DNA of 64,000 nucleotides, taken from positions 2,480,001 through 2,544,000 of the forward strand of contig JAYWIR010000024.1 in the NCBI GenBank assembly GCA_036172245.1, read 5' to 3'. The notes beneath the pieces were generated by a model. That model saw only the letters and a program-made list of their open reading frames with translations. It was not told the origin of the DNA and ran no database searches. The translations under genes were made by a program, and so were the position numbers. This document shows positions 38,998 through 53,278 of the stretch, piece by piece (positions within the stretch are counted from its first letter, which is position 1; each line of letters opens with the position of its first letter). This stretch comes from Raillietiella orientalis (taxonomy: Eukaryota).

Positions 38998-41650
38998 TTT
39001 TCACCTGGGTTCTCCGGGGCGTTTATTCAAAATAAAATAAACATTTCCCGTTTTTGTGGTTGGACCGTTGGTCCAGCCACGTCCTTTCTCTAGATACCCT
39101 GCCGTGTTTCCGGTTCGCAGACCAGTGAGGTCCACCACGGCAGCAGGGGGGAGGGACCAAACAAAAAGAAAAAATAAACAAGACGAAAATTTTGAGGGGT
39201 TACAGGAAGGGATCATGGCCTGCTGGTGTCGGTCCTCCGCATCCTTTGTAGGATGCCAGCAAGGTCGTGTTTCATGGAGATGTGCAGGTGGGACCGTCTG
39301 ACCGCTATCTGTACAAAGCAAAGAGCGAAGTAGATGGCGTTCCTGTTGGCGTCTCTCCACGCCTCCACGATCCCGCCTAGGCAGCAAATTGCTGCAGGTT
39401 GTCCCGCACAAAGAGGAGCCGCATCACGTCCCTGACGTTACCGCCGGGGATCCCAAGGGTCGTGGCAAAGCGTCCCCAAAGGGGCCCGAGGGCAACACAG
39501 TCCACAAGGAAATGCGGGAGGGATTCTCGTTCCCCGCATCTTGCACAGTCTGGGTCCACATCCTCCCGTGTCCAATGCTGTCGGCGACCCTAGTGTAGCA
39601 GCATGAACGCCAACTCCTGCCACTTCAAGGGGAGGGTGCGGGTGTCCCAAAGCACTGGGAGCCACTGAAGATCTTACTCCGGAATACCTAGTAGCACGCC
39701 TCAGCAGTCCACGAGGTCGAGGAATCGGAGTTGCAGCGCTGGTGAGCTGGTCCGTTTTCTACTCGCCCAGTCCTTTTCTCCTTCCGGAGATTTGCACCTG
39801 AGGGATGGCCATTCGGTGCTGAATGCACGAACACGTTATTGTGTGCAACCGAGAGACCATGTGTGTGCGTGTGATAAAAATCTCCCTCCCTTCCTAGTGC
39901 GTTGCAGGGACGCAGAACTTTCTCGGCCCACTTCCTAGTCGGCTCGCTCTGCACGAGGAATTCCTATCTGCCGCAAGCGGGTTTCGAGACCCCACCACGT
40001 GGGCCTGCGCAGAACAGGTACGGTTGCCACGAAGCTGCAGGTGCTGCAGCATCGTGCTGCAGACGAAATATTTCAACATCTGAGACAAGAAGCGTTCCTG
40101 GATGTCGCTCGAATGCTCTTTTAGGTCACCACGAATGGAACACGGGTTTTTGTTGTTCGGAGGTGGATAGGCAAAGACGCTGCCTCGAGCAGGTTGCCGC
40201 GATGAGAGAGATGTAAAGGTTTCGAGTTCGTGGAGAACAAGGATCGTCTTGCGGGAGATATCTTCGGACATCCGGGATGCGCCTCATTTCCCAAAGTTGC
40301 TCGAGTGCTCTCCTGGGTCGTGACGAATGGAACACGTGTCTTTGCTCGTTCGGAGGCAGGTAGGTAGCAAAAGGGTTGCCTAGAGCAGTTCTGGTGTAGA
40401 GACGTCTTCAATCAAGTTCCTTTCTTCTGAATGAGCACACGCCGTTTCTTGTCGAGAATCCTTACCGCCGGAGAAGATTCCAAGAAGCTGTGGCAAAATT
40501 TATGAGTCAGAGCACAATCTGATAATTGCAGATGCGGATTAGATAAAGAACCCAGGTGAAACTCCAGGGTGATGTTCGAAGTACGAGATCGGAAGAACTG
40601 AACACAATCAACAAAAAACACACGCACGCACGCACATGCATAAGGGGAAAAAAAGGCAATTCTTTCAACTTTTTTTTCATTATTGAAAAAAACCAAAAAA
40701 ACTGTCATCATAAGAAATGCTGTCATGGGAACGTGGCGCAAACCAGAAGTGGGCCCCATACTGGAACTCCTCATTTGCATCAGCGCCAGTAGCGGCGATG
40801 ACTAGTCGAAGACGCAGCCATCCCTTGAGTGCATCAGATAGATGAGGGAGCAATAGGTTTTGGCTAGTTCGTTACAAATACGCCGACCCTGAAGGGCATC
40901 CAGAGAGCATCTGGATCATCATCCCGGAACGTGACTAAGGACATGGAGCGTTTTGCTCGCCTCTCAGTGTCTCCGAGACGCCAGCGTCCCGTCGGTAGGT
41001 CCAACTGCTTTGCGAGTTCTGAATCTCCCGAGAAACACGGAGAATCTAGCGGGAGAGACCCGCTAGGCAACCGCAGAGGAGCATCGAGACCTGGCGTCCC
41101 TCTTCGCTTAGAAATGTCCGTGCGAACCCACATAGGAAGGAAGCAGGGGGGATCTTCCGAGAGGCTCCTACTCATCGCCCCCTATCGTGCACTTTGCGCA
41201 TGGCGGACGCTTCCACGGCAGTACCCTCGATCGAAATTCCCAACGCGTTGTTTCCAGTCTACTCCTTTCCGGTCCATTCTGCTTGAGCTGAAGAAGGAAG
41301 TTCCGCGCTTGCAAGGATCCTCGTGACTTCCTCCGTCTTTCTTGAGTCAGTGGGCTACGAAAGACATCTCTTCCCATCTCCTCCTCTCTCTTAACCGTAG
41401 AAGAGCTGGCGCACGCAGACTGCTTGCTGATCCGTTCATGTGATCGGATTGCTGCTTGGAGAGTGTCCCACCTCATCAGCAAACGATGCTGAGGAGACGG
41501 CATGCCTCCCATGTCAATTCCATCTGCAGAGAGCTTCTGGATCGCACTTGATCCAGGATACGGATACGGGTACCGTCTCTTCTTTCTACCCACGGGGCTT
41601 TCGACCTTGTTTAAGAGTAGTCAGAACTCCAGACACTCTTGTGACTAGGG
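38998..41650 (-). mobile_element. L1/Tx1-like family A: RT, CCHC domain and complete 3' UTR
   Basis: DISKRRGTPG and SLVTFRDD (like RGVRQG and FADD) in ORF 40864-41175. DCARCGERESLPHFLVDC (CxxC..H....C) in ORF 39377-39559. Terminus AATAAACGCCCCGGAGAACCCAGGTGAAAA. Confidence 0.85.
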
Positions 41651-41677
41651 AAACTTCCTCAACAGCTACAAGAGCCC

Positions 41678-41855
41678 GCGATGGCGGCCGTGTGGCTGTA
41701 ATCTTCACGCGTGACACCATCGAATCCCCACGTGGAAGATCAACGCCGAGAAATGGATGCGTCGTGGGTTTCGAATCTTCCCCTCAGGATGACGTTGGCT
41801 GGCCTATTCGAGTGCTGCACTGGTGGAAACTGGAAACCGGATGCCCTCGTTCATA
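41678..41855 (+). mobile_element. tRNA-derived SINE, copy 5 (5' fragment)
   Basis: GGCGGCCGTGTGG..AAATGGATGCGTCGTGGGTTTCGAATCTTCCCCTCAGGATGAC..AAACCGGATGCCC matches copies 1-4. Confidence 0.8.
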
Positions 41856-42479
41856 GGTCTTCTCCAAGCCGTGCGGCACACGCTTTTTCATTAAGATGAT
41901 GCGGGGCAGCACCTCCCTCTCCTTCTCTGTGTGCCGCCAGTTCGGCCATCCATTCGCCGCAGGGAACGTCCTGGGTTCCTCTGGCACTCTGCCGCTCCCC
42001 TGTGTTTCCTCTTCACCACGCTCTCGAGAGGACACTCGCGCGAAGGATGTGCTGTCTCCAGATATCTCCCTCCCGCCGCTTCTCCGGAGTGAGTCTCGCG
42101 GGAGATGCCCAGACACCACCAGGAGTCGACGCAGGGCGGAAGTTCTGGAAACTTCGAAGCAACTCGAGAGCGAAAACGCGGAGGACACTTCCGGTCTCTT
42201 TCTACTTAGTTATCCCCTATACTCCTATACGAAAGGACACGACTCCTTGAGGATCCTGAACGAGGATGAGGTGGCTCTACCATCGCGAGATAACCGGCAA
42301 GCAAATTATCAGGTGGAGGAATCGCGCTGGAACCAGGCATTTATGGAAGGTGCCAAACAAGGGGAGAGCTCTCCAGAATATCAGCGTCTCTTCGGAAGAG
42401 CGATTTCTCTCCGTTTGCAGATGAAGACAGCAGATAATGGGGGAAGGGGCGGGGGGTGAGTTAAAGCGGGCGGGAGAAG

Positions 42480-43450
42480 AGAAGGCTAGACGGCATAGGA
42501 GGAAATACGAGAGACGCTGTCGTTCGCAGCAAAGAGTTGACGGAACCCTCCTGCCCGTTCGGCTGCTCCTTGTCTCAGCCGCTCAGGTGCATCTGGACTT
42601 TTCGTTACGGTCTGCGATCGCAGGACTCTTTCCCTGACTCAGACTCGTCTGCGGAGATTCCTTCCAAAAGGGAGGGAAGGTGCCCTTGAGGGCTTCCCGG
42701 TTGAGGAGAAGGTGCATTCGAAAGAAGGGATGTCTTCGCTCGAACGTGGATGTCCACCGACCTCGACTAGAGGCGAAAGAGTGGCTCCCGGAATCCCTTC
42801 CTTCACTGGCCACCTAGACCCCCAAGAGGCATGAAAATAGGTGCGGGTGGAGAGCGTTTTCCGTCGGACAAGTCATCTTGTGGTGGGTCGCGGAGACGGG
42901 CGACACAAACTGCAAACAGAGCGAACAGCTCTTGGTAGGAGCAAGCGGTCGGATAAAGAGATTGGTAAGGTGCCCTCGATTTGGATAAGAGGAAACCATG
43001 ACCTTGGCCATGATAGGGGTTGTCCGGAGGAGAGACCTCAAAGTTTCCAGTAGCAATGCTTCATCGCGCGGAGTCAAGTTGGGTTCGGGCTGGTGCGTTG
43101 CTCGCCTTTTGCTCCTCGGGTGGTCCCTGCTCGCACAATTTTTGCTGCTGGAAAGGGTGATGCCAGAATAACCTGACGAAGTGCTGAGAGAGTGGGAATC
43201 TGCCGTGCTCTTCGCGCGGGAACAGAAGCAGCAGCAGCAGAAAAAACTTCCAGAGAATGTTTACGTCACCTACGATTCCCAGGAGGCCGCAGTGACATTT
43301 GCCAAAGAATAGAGACAGACGTTCCTCGCCTCCCAGTCTTAAGGAATGCTCCCTTACCACTTACCTCACCTTTCAGCATGCAAAGCATTCCAAGATGCCA
43401 ATTTTTCATCTTCTCATGTGCGTTTTTTCCCCTAACAAGCACGTCTTCAG
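42480..43450 (+). mobile_element. Decayed LINE reverse transcriptase fragment
   Basis: VHLDFS (like LDF.KAFD) followed by RCIRKKGCL (like RGIRQGCP) in plausible spacing. Confidence 0.45.
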
Positions 43451-43959
43451 AAGAGCAAATCCTCCCTCCGTTTAGAATGGGCACCTCCTAGAGCTCTCCT
43501 GTCAGCCTGCTTTTCTTTTTCTCTTTTTTGTCTCTTGCACTCCTGTCTGCGAGGAACACAGTTCCATGGATGAGAAGAGCGCATCTTGCCCCGTTAAGCT
43601 CTGGAAGTCGGTTTTTCTGTCGCGTCTTTTCCTCGAGACACGGAGGCATTCTGGAGGATCATGCGTTCTCTTTCTCCATCTCAGTTCGCTTGCAAAGCAA
43701 AAAACAAAAACAAAAAAAGACAAGAGAAGAAAGGCAAAAAGAGAATGAGGCGAGGAGACAAAGGAGATTGATAGCCCCTTCTTTCGAGGGAGGTGCCGTT
43801 TCCGAGGGGGGGAAGCATTTGGACTCGCGAACAACTCGGAGTGAGCAGCCGAGACCTGCTGGTGTCGGAAACAGAGCGGACCACCCCTTCGGAGGGAGGG
43901 TCGAAGCCCGATAGAATGCTCTGAAGGCCTTTTCCAGAAAGGCGATTGCGTGCATTCTG

Positions 43960-45900
43960 CATGTCGATTTGAACTTCCTTTTTTTTGGATCTCATCTTGG
44001 CCTCAATGATGCAGCTGTTGCCCTCGCCCGAGATGGAGCGCCCATCCCTCGCTCATCAGTACAACTTGCTTTCCGCCCCGCATCAACGGTGCCGGTTGTC
44101 AGCAGCAAAACTCCCCGTCATCACCACTCATCACCGCTCCCCGGAAGAGTCTCCATTACGTGAGCGCAGATCACAGAGTGCTGCAGAGTGGGTTCGCCTC
44201 CGTGGGCTGCTCCAGCAGCCCTTCGTTCGGCACAGCAGATTTCCGCCATTGGGCCACACCTCGAGTTTCTGCGTTGCGAGAGACTGGAGACTGCTCGCCT
44301 TCCGGCGACTGGAGCATGTAGCTCTGTTTCCGATCGTTCAGAGGGTGTCCTGACCGGCACGCACATGGTAGATGTCCGAGCTGTGTTGCACGCTGGACGA
44401 CACCATCAGCTTCCCACGTGCTTTCGTGGAATTTCCAGCTCTCGCAGAGCATCGTCGCTCGTGGGATCCTGGGATCCAAATGGACTGATAGCGATCATGG
44501 AAACTGATTCCCGGATCTCCTGCAGCAGAAGAGGAAGCCAATGATCCCAATATTCTTATTCTTTTCTTTCGTTTGGCTTCTGGAACGTTGCCAACATGCT
44601 TTCTAGAGGGGAGCACGAGTCCAGCATAGCGACGCGGTTTCCCTTTCCCATTCCACATGAAGAGCTCCCACTCCGGATGACCCTTGGTTGCAGACCGGGA
44701 CCTCCCATCGTCTGTGCGTCTTGATGCAGAAAATCAGCGCCGCATGTGATTGTTTGAACTGGATGGAGAAATCTCATCCCATTTCAAGTACCAAAGCAAG
44801 ATTGAGGCTGATGGCGTATACATCTTGCTGCCTGAATTAAGCATTCATCTCAGTGCAGTCTCTTGAAGGATTCACCGATCCTGCAATAGCTACGCGTGTG
44901 CTTTCCTAAGCAGCTCTTCAGCTCCATATGTCTCCGCATGTACCATGGTTGGGTGAACCGAAACTCTCTTAAAATCGTGTCGTCTCCTGGAAAGATAACC
45001 ATCTGCATAGCCTTGCTTCTCCACGAAGCAGGGCCATATGAACAGAGGAACTTCAGAGGTTTTCAGAGTCCATGAGCGAACTCGCGATGGCATGAGTTTG
45101 CGCATGGCGTCTGGGGACGTACCACGAGACGCGGCACAGGACTCTGCAGTTCCGGTATCGCCGCCCGGATGAAACGGATGTACGAACTCCTCATATGCAC
45201 CAGCAAACATCGTCGTTCGGAAAACTCAGAGAGATGGTAGCAGAACCTGCTGTCTCTCATGCGGGAAAGGGCTCGAAGCTGGACGCCTCCTTCACCACGA
45301 CAAGGTCCAGCCGATGTAGCACGGAAGCTCTGGAATGTGGTCATCTAATCCGCTTTTAGTCGCTACAGATCACGTGGAAGAGGGGCATCAATCAGATGAA
45401 GCCTCGCCACCATGCCGACAGTCTTCTCCTTGGGTTCCCTCGCTCGATCCAGGCTAATACTTTTAAGAGATATTACCGCTTCGTGGTCAGGGATACAGCC
45501 GATGCTCCCGGTGGGCCTCGCGGCGGAGATGGATGTCGGAATGCACCACGTCCTTCAGGATCCTGGGTTCCTGCGTCACAGCGCCACTACCTGGGTCTTG
45601 GGTTCCCGAGAGCAAGTGTCCGTGTCAGTGGACCCCTTTGGATGAGAAGCGGGGAGCGAATTCTTGACACCTCGTTGCTCTGCTTCCCGCAGAGTCGTCT
45701 ACGAGTTCTGGAAGGCGCAGGCTGCATCGAGGACGAAGACTCGTCCCTCGTCCTCTCAGCGTCCATCCCAGTCGAAGCGAAGGAGTCGACCCGAATACCA
45801 GCTGGCTGCTGCAGGTCATCAGCATCCGATGCCTCCGCGTAGTCTTCCGGCCACCACCTCGTTGTGTCTGAGACCCAGGTTTTGCTGATGGTACAGAGGT
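43960..45900 (+). mobile_element. Decayed L1/Tx1-like ORF2 (RT domain 4 to C-terminus)
   Basis: FVRHSRFPPLG (like GVRQGCPLS) and CACGCTGGACGACACC at ~44390 (YADDT-like, with a 1-bp frameshift). C-terminal remnants near 45450-45700. Confidence 0.55.
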
Positions 45901-45949
45901 AAAGGATGTAAGCGAACGATTCTTATGACCTTCCACGTGTTCGATCCAT

Positions 45950-48700
45950 TCCATTTCAGGTATGCGTGTCTCTTATGGGCAGTATTTTGCGCTGCGTTGA
46001 GCGTATGAGCCTGTAGAGACCTTACACTCTTCACTAAAGATGAAGCGTTCCGGACTCCCAGTGAAGGACTTGGCTTTCACTTGGTCGGGGTGCCCACTTG
46101 TCAGGGAAAGCCATTCCTCCTCATCTAGGAGAGCATTACACCCTGAAGCAATGCAGTCGACCATGGGTTTCTCTTCATTTTTCCGATTCTATTCACATCC
46201 TTATTCTGCAGCGGGAACAGGGGACCCTCCCGTCGGACCTTCTACATCGCGAGCTGAGCAAAGTTCGATTTCTTTCGATGAAAAACCTCAGGATATTTTT
46301 ACCCTGAGATCGAAACCTGTGGCATGCCATCTCCTGATCCCAGGAATCCAAACAAATCGTTGGTGAGACCTGGTACTCCTGAAGAATAGTCCTGAACTCT
46401 TGATGTATCTTAGGACCATCGACGACAGCATTGGAGAAGGCGCGGCAAAGGAAGGAGAGCAAATACCAAGAGTTGTCTCTCGTATCTGCCTCAAAAGAAG
46501 CACGGTGGTCGATCCTATCTTTGTTGGTAGACCAGTAGACTCCCTGAGGTCAGGGAATCCCCTAAAGGAAGGAATCTTTCGGAACTCGAGATTTCTTGCG
46601 CATGTGCGGACCACACAAGGCGCACGATGGTGCGTTTTAAGATACGACATAGCCGAGGCGTGTGCTGGATCATCATCAGGATAAAACAGTTCCGACTGTA
46701 GTCGAGTGTACAACAGAGTTCCCTTGGGCCGAATGGATGAGCAATAGAGAATGGGCTGAAAGTGCCCCGAAACCTTTCTGACACGAACTTTTCAAAGCGT
46801 TTTCTTGGCGTTTTGCCTACTCTGAACCGAGAGTAACGAATGGCAGCTTCCCTGAATACGGATCCCAGAGTCCCAGGAACTGAAGAGCAAGTTCATGTAC
46901 AGGATCGACGTGCAAGAGCCCTTTTTTTCTGTTCTTGCAATACTCCTCTGGAAATCCTCCCTTCCCTGTTCTCCTTTTCCTTCCAGGGTAAGCCGCGAGA
47001 GAGGCGCAAGATAATATCGTTTCTTCGTTTACCCTTTATTCGATGAGCAACTCCTCCGGGAGGTGAGTTCCTTGCTGTAAAAATCGATAAGTCTCACTCT
47101 GGAAGGACGGAGAAAACCTTCGGAGAAAGATAGTAAGTGACCCGGCTGTGATTGTGTTCACCTGCGATCAGCAATGCTAAGCAACGCGAAGAGGATTCCT
47201 AGTTGCCATTTTTCGAGGATTTCCAGCGAGCATTCCCAGCTTCCTCGATATCAAGAGCTGCTGAAAACTTCCAAGACAAAATTTGCTTCACATCTCGCCT
47301 TCACAGCGAGTGGCAAGCCTTTACTCGCTGAATTAGTTCCATCCTTGAGTCCAGTGATGCTGCGCTTCTCCCCCCCGCATTATCTCCTGCTCGTCGTCCA
47401 TTTTCATCTCCTTTTTTCGAAAACTACGTCCATCACCCTTCGGATGATGGACGTAGGAGCTTTCACGTCTTAACCCGATCCTCCTGCTTACATTGAAAGC
47501 GCATCCGGAAACACGTCCTCTCTTTTTTTGCATCCTGCAGTTCCTTCGCACCCTCCGAGGATCCTTCCAGCTCCATCAAAAGACCTCTTGGTTCCCTGGC
47601 CGCGTTCTGCACACTTGCGCCAAGCTCTTTGCATACTCGGAGAACGGTGGAATCGTTCAGCGCGATGTTTTTTTTTTCTTCTTCCTTTTTGCCAAACCGA
47701 AGATCTTGGATCTCCAAGTTCTCCGGAAGGGTCGGCATTTCTTCCTCTTTGCCCGAAAAGATACTGAAGATGCAGAGGACTTGTTGGGGTGGTGATCTCT
47801 AGATCTGAAAGCGTCAACCTTTGTCGGCAGATCTTTGCTTGCGAAGCTTCCGACAAAGAAGGGGAGACAAAGAGGAAAGGAGGTTGGAAGGAGGAAGTGA
47901 AAGGCCTCGTCGGGAGCGTCCAGACGCTCGCGGTTTTTCTTGCTTCGCTATGGTCTTCCAAACTTTTCCTACCGCCAGCGCAAGTTCGGGAACGCATCTT
48001 CTTCCGAGGAGATGGGTTCATCTGCCGCGCCGAAAATCTTCACTTTCTCTTGAAACCGAGGGTTGGGAGCGTGCAGCAGTTGCTCCTTGCTGCTTACCCA
48101 GCGCCCCAAGAACCTGGTTTGCGCCTCACCTGGAAGCCACCCTTTCGGACCTCTCCCTGTCGAAAGGCGACCCAGGGAGAACCGGGAATTGAAGTCGCCA
48201 TTCATCCCCATCCTCGGGCGCCGCTCTCCTCTGCGTCCTGCTTCCGTCTGCCCCGGGAAGCCGGCGATCTTCTGAGCGAGATCTTGAAACACCAGGAAGG
48301 CAGCTGCACTCGAGGAGCGTTGCGTCATTTCTCCGAATGCAGCGCTAAGTGGTCTCCTTCCGAAAGATCCCATTCATTCCGGAGAGGCGCAGGCCAAGAG
48401 GAAAGAAGAGAGAAACTCTTAGCCGGCCGATCCAGCATTCGGAAGATCGGATTCAAAAATCTGCCTTGGCATCAACGATCCTGCCTGACGCTGGTGAAAC
48501 CAAGCCCTCATCCCTTCTCTTCCGGGAAGGGAGTCCCTTGCTCTTGCGCTTGCGGTTTGTGCAAGACTCCACTCCAGTCCCGTTTCCAGTAGACTGGCCC
48601 CGTTCAGAAACGCTGGATACCTCTCCTTTCTGAGCAGCGGAGGTGAAGCTGTGGGGATGCCTGAAACGTGAGCGCTCTTTCGCACGCAATTCCCTTCCTC
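45950..48700 (-). mobile_element. Decayed L1/Tx1-like ORF2 fragments (probably two abutting pieces)
   Basis: DSWDQEMACHR (like LDQEKAFDR) near 46330, IALNDSTVL (like WKLN.SLL) near 47650, and QRQAGSL and QTRFLGRW at 48100-48500. Confidence 0.55.
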
Positions 48701-48718
48701 CTCTCTTTGTGTTCTCTG

Positions 48719-50450
48719 TTTTTTCATCCGGGATCTCCGGGGCGTTTATTTATATGGAAAAAACAAATGAAAAATAGAAAATAAATATCTTGGAGGGATC
48801 CGAAGAGGGTTCACTGTCTGCTGGGATGCGCCCTTAGCATCCTTTAAATGATGTCGGCGTAATTCTGCTGCATGTTGTCCAGATGGAGCCATCTCTCTAA
48901 GCTCCGCAAGAGGCGGACAGCAAAGTGGATGGCGTTCCCGTCACCCTGTCCTCCAGGACGCCACAATTCCCCAAAGGCAGCATAGAGCCACCGACAAAGC
49001 AGCTGGCGGCAGTGCATTCCTCATGGAGAGGCGTCTCAAAGAGTCAGTGGTAGTCTCCAGTTGGGATCCTGAGGGTTGTCGCGTATCGTTCCCAGAGGGG
49101 TCCGAGAGCAACACAGTCACGAGCAGGTGCCAGCGAGATTCACGTTCTCCTCACCTGCCACAGTTCATCTCCTTTCCACGGGTCCAGTGATGCCAGCAGG
49201 TGTTGCAGGGGAGACCCCATTGCAGCAGCAGAAGCATCGACTCCTGCCAATCGAGGTGGAAGGGGAGCGCTTGTTCCAGAGCACCGGAGGTCACACGGAA
49301 AATTCCCAGGAACTCGCCCCAGCACCATCTTGGAGGTACACTTGAGTTCGCGACGTATGCCAGCTGACCCGCTGTTCAGTCAATTAACGGCTTTCTCCTG
49401 GAATCCGTTTCACAGGAGACTTCTCGTCATACCAATAGGCTTCCTCAGGGAGAGTAGCTCTGTGGTTAGGGAGGTTCTTTCTTCCCGCGCACTTTTTACA
49501 GAATGAACGATGATCTCCTGGACGCCCTGTGATGAGATGAAATGCAATGCCATCAAGGTGAAGCTCCAGGAGAGCAAACCCTTTTTTTTCTTCCCCCTGG
49601 AAGAGCTAGCAAGTCCCTCTCTCGGAACCGGAGGCACACTAGTGGAGTGACATCAGATGCTGCCTGCAGAGATGGCCTACCAAAGATGAACGTCTCTGGT
49701 CTCACTCAGCAGTTACGTGCATGGAAGCTTTCGCTCCTGTCTGTCTCATCTCTTGGTGGAGAGACTCAGAAGGTCGGCTATATCACAAAGCAAGGAGAGA
49801 GTCTCCTCAGGATTAGAAGGGAATGAGGTGAACTATAGAATTTTCCCCTACTTCCTAGGGAAAACGCCGACCCGAGCAGAAGAAAGGAAGAAGATCCTGG
49901 AGTGGCATCGTATCTTCTTGTTGAACCTTTCCTCTATCTGTATCTATTCCTGTCTTCCTCCACGCGTCGGTTCTCCTTCCAGGTGCGCCGCCAGGTATGT
50001 AGTCGAGGGACCCGGCCCACAAGCGGAAGTCCGTCTCCACGGAGGAAGCAAAGCTCCAGCCTCGCAGAGGAGCTGCTCTCTTTCTGGGAAGCGCGAAAGG
50101 ATTTCCAGCTCGCGGATGCCATATCCTCCTCCCAAGCGGTCCCACTCCTGCTCTTCCCGTCGCCGCTCGAGCGCGGCGCTGCTGGAGGCGGAGTGAAGAG
50201 AGCCGCCCAAAGTGAAGGAGGGAAAAGGGAAGGCTGGAGAGGATTAAGTTGGCAAAGTGGAAAAGTTAGGGGAGGGAGTCCGCGAGGAGCTATCTGCCGC
50301 CCTGAGAGGGGAGGAGATGGAGCTTCGGCCTGGATCCTCCGAAAACGCCACTGTACCACGGAAGCATAATGACGGCCCGATGGAGATGACCTGGCAACGG
50401 CCATGCCCATCTCCACCTCTACCCGGTGCCGCTGCCATCTCCGGAGAAAG
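48719..50450 (-). mobile_element. L1/Tx1-like family A, 3' part with internally deleted 3' UTR
   Basis: Terminus AATAAACGCCCCGGAGATCCCGGATGAAAA matches 39000-39027. LQWGLPCNTCWHHWTRGKEMNCGR..ERESRWHLLV matches family A. Confidence 0.8.
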
Positions 50451-50499
50451 GTTCATGTGTGGACAGCTGCTCGATCCCAAGAGAACCTTCTCACTCCGG

Positions 50500-53245
50500 T
50501 GGAGGCCTCAGGTGACGGCTGGCTGGATGAAGGAGGAGGATGAGGAACATCGTTTCGATGAAGAGGAGGAGGAAGGAGGAAAGGAGGAAGGGAGGAGTGG
50601 CTACGAGAACCTCAGAAGAGTAAGAAGTTGTGATAAAGCTTCCGGAAAGCAGGGACGCATGGTGCCTCATCTCGAGCTTTGGAAGATGCAAAAGGATTTC
50701 ACCTCCACCAGGGTCCCGTGGAGGCAGGGGAACGCAGGCGATGCTCGCATTTCTTCCAACCCGTCGGCTGCCAGCACTCTCCACCCTGCTCTGGGATGCT
50801 CCAAAGCTGCTGCCTCTACCCCTTCATCTTCAAGGCGTGGGTGGAGGAAGATGAGAGGCAAAGGAGGAACCGGTTGTGGAGCACCATTTCTTCAATCCGT
50901 GCCAGACGCACGAAGGGGAAGCTGGAGAGGGTGGGGAAGCGGAAATGTTACCGCCGCAGCAGAGTGGGAGCTGCATCCGTCGGGACGATCCGAGTGGCAC
51001 ACCGGAAGCGCGGTGCCGCGGGGTCGAGTTTGTTCCTTCTCTTCCATGGAGACTCCCCTTCCGTCGGGCGGGTGGAGCCGGCCAGGGTTGCTTCGAGACG
51101 CAGTCGGTGTACCTCACCCCGGGAGCCAGGCTGACCTCTTCCCCATCGTGTGGCATCTGTGTACGTTTCTCCCTCTGTCTGACATCGGTTTCGTTCAGGG
51201 ATGGAGGGCGAAGGGCTGTTTCTCTTTAGCGGACAGCGCCTCTGAAACCTTGGGATGCTGGGCATCTGCTAGAGGAGTACGGACGTTCGCTGTTGGCTTG
51301 AAGATCATTCTCCAAACTCGGTGAGAGAAGGGCGGATGGGGGGTGGGATGGTGGGGAGAAGGAATGTTAGTAGAAAAAAAAAAACAGCTAAGAGGAGGAA
51401 AAATCCCAAGTATCCTCTCCCTCCTTGTGCCTGTCCAAAAGTCTCGGCGACTCCGGCAAAATTTCAGACGTCAGTTTTCAACGGTACAAGAGGACCTCCG
51501 GGACATCTGCGCTCCCTCTGGCGTGTCTGCACGCCTTCAGGCTTTTGCAGGCCACGATCGCCATCCCCTCTCCGGTCCCCGCTTGCCCCTCGGCACCGCG
51601 GCTTCCCAGAGGTTCCGCGATCCGCCGGTCAGGACGGGGAGGAGGGATGATGGGCCAACCGCTTCAAAGACGCGATACTGCTCCTCCCCACAGGGTGCCT
51701 CTTTCCCAGACATCCCCCTGGGAGCGACCGCAGGAAGGGGGCGTCGACTGCTAGGGGGAGTGAGCCGACTTTTTCGCTCGGTCGCGTCGTTCCTCTCTGC
51801 GCACGATCTGCTTTTCCAGCGGAGCGACCGGCGTTTTCCGGTTGCCGGGGCTCTCGGCTAAAAGCGAGCCGCCATTTTTGCGAGTCCTCGCGGCAAAGTT
51901 CGCCGCGCTGGCTCGTCTGAAAGGCCGAGGTCGTGTGTTTTCCCCTCCTCTCTTTGCCAGTCCGTCTCCCGGGAGGTAAAGAGAGGCAAAGCAGAGCCGA
52001 AAGCGAGCTGGAACCGTCCTCCGCCGAGTTTAGCAAGACAGAAGAGTCCGAACGGTAATTGAATTAGGGGTATCTGGGGTGAAAGGCAGGCGTTCGAACA
52101 CGCGTCGCTGTTTGTTTGTTTTACCACTGTAATTGCAAGTTGGCTAAGAATTCTCTGCGAGCGAAAGGCGAAAGTGACGTAAGCAGCAGCACCTGAGAGC
52201 GGAAAAGCAAATTGCCGGAGCAGGTGTTTGCTGCAGTGGAAACGTCCGACGCTTTTCTTTCTTCTTTCTTTCCTTTTGCTTCCCGCAGCATCACTTGTTA
52301 ATGGAATGCCATCTCTTCGGGTTCGGAAAAGCGTTCGTAACGAGAAGTTAATTATGGAATTCGCGTCGGGGATGTGTGCGCGCACACAGCTCCGCGATGC
52401 GGCGCGAGCAGCAACACCGCTTTGGGTGTGCGCGCGTACACCGCGAGCTGGCGAGCGGAAACGTGGTGGCCGAGCGAGACGTTTCGCGAGTCGCAGATCT
52501 CCGCCCGTTAGAAGATTTCCTTGTTTTTTTTATTTTATTTTATTTTGGTGGAGAGGGGAAGGGGGGGTTGGGAGAGAGAGAGAGAGGGGGGGGGGGGCTA
52601 GGAACCAGCGATTCCGATTCTTTTTTTTTTTTGCCTTTCCTTTCCAGCAGTCGCACTGCCTCCCGCGCCCACAGATGAAAGGAGGAAAAGACGGCAAAGG
52701 AAGGAGGGGGCAAAGACATCCGCGCCCCGCCACGTCTGCCTGCCTCCGGGAGCGGTGAGGGAGAGTTCGTCCACTCCGCCGGCGCATGCCACAGTAATTG
52801 ATTTTCTCAATTTGTGGGCCCCCGCGCTGATGGAACACGTTCGTGACAGCGAGTTCAGCAAATGAGTTCGACATCTCTCGCGTCTCCAGTGCGGTGCGGT
52901 GCGGTGAAGCATGTCTCTCTCTCTCTTTCTCTTCTCACATCCTCCCTCCCTTCCTCTCTCCCTCCTTCCCGGACGGCGACGCGGCACCGGCAGATCTCGA
53001 CAGTGGACCAAATACACACACACACACACACACGCCACACCACACCTGAGCGTGTCCGTCCCTCATGAAGTCGCGGCCGCATAAATCTCCAATTCTCTCT
53101 TTGGTCCCATCAAACGTGAGACCGGGACATCATTGTGCTGAAAAGAAAGGAGCAGCCCCCACTTTGTTTATTATTGCTGCTGCTATCTTTAAGTATGGGA
53201 CCGAGTGTTAAATAAAATACTGAGGTGAAAAGCAGCGGAAAAGGT

Positions 53246-53278
<33 letters not shown>

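Noticed and set aside
50257..51324. Longest ORF (355 aa), and similar long ORFs at 37185, 47789 and 57012
   Set aside because: Low-complexity R/G/S/P-rich translations with no recognisable domain, as expected from stop-poor GC-rich DNA.
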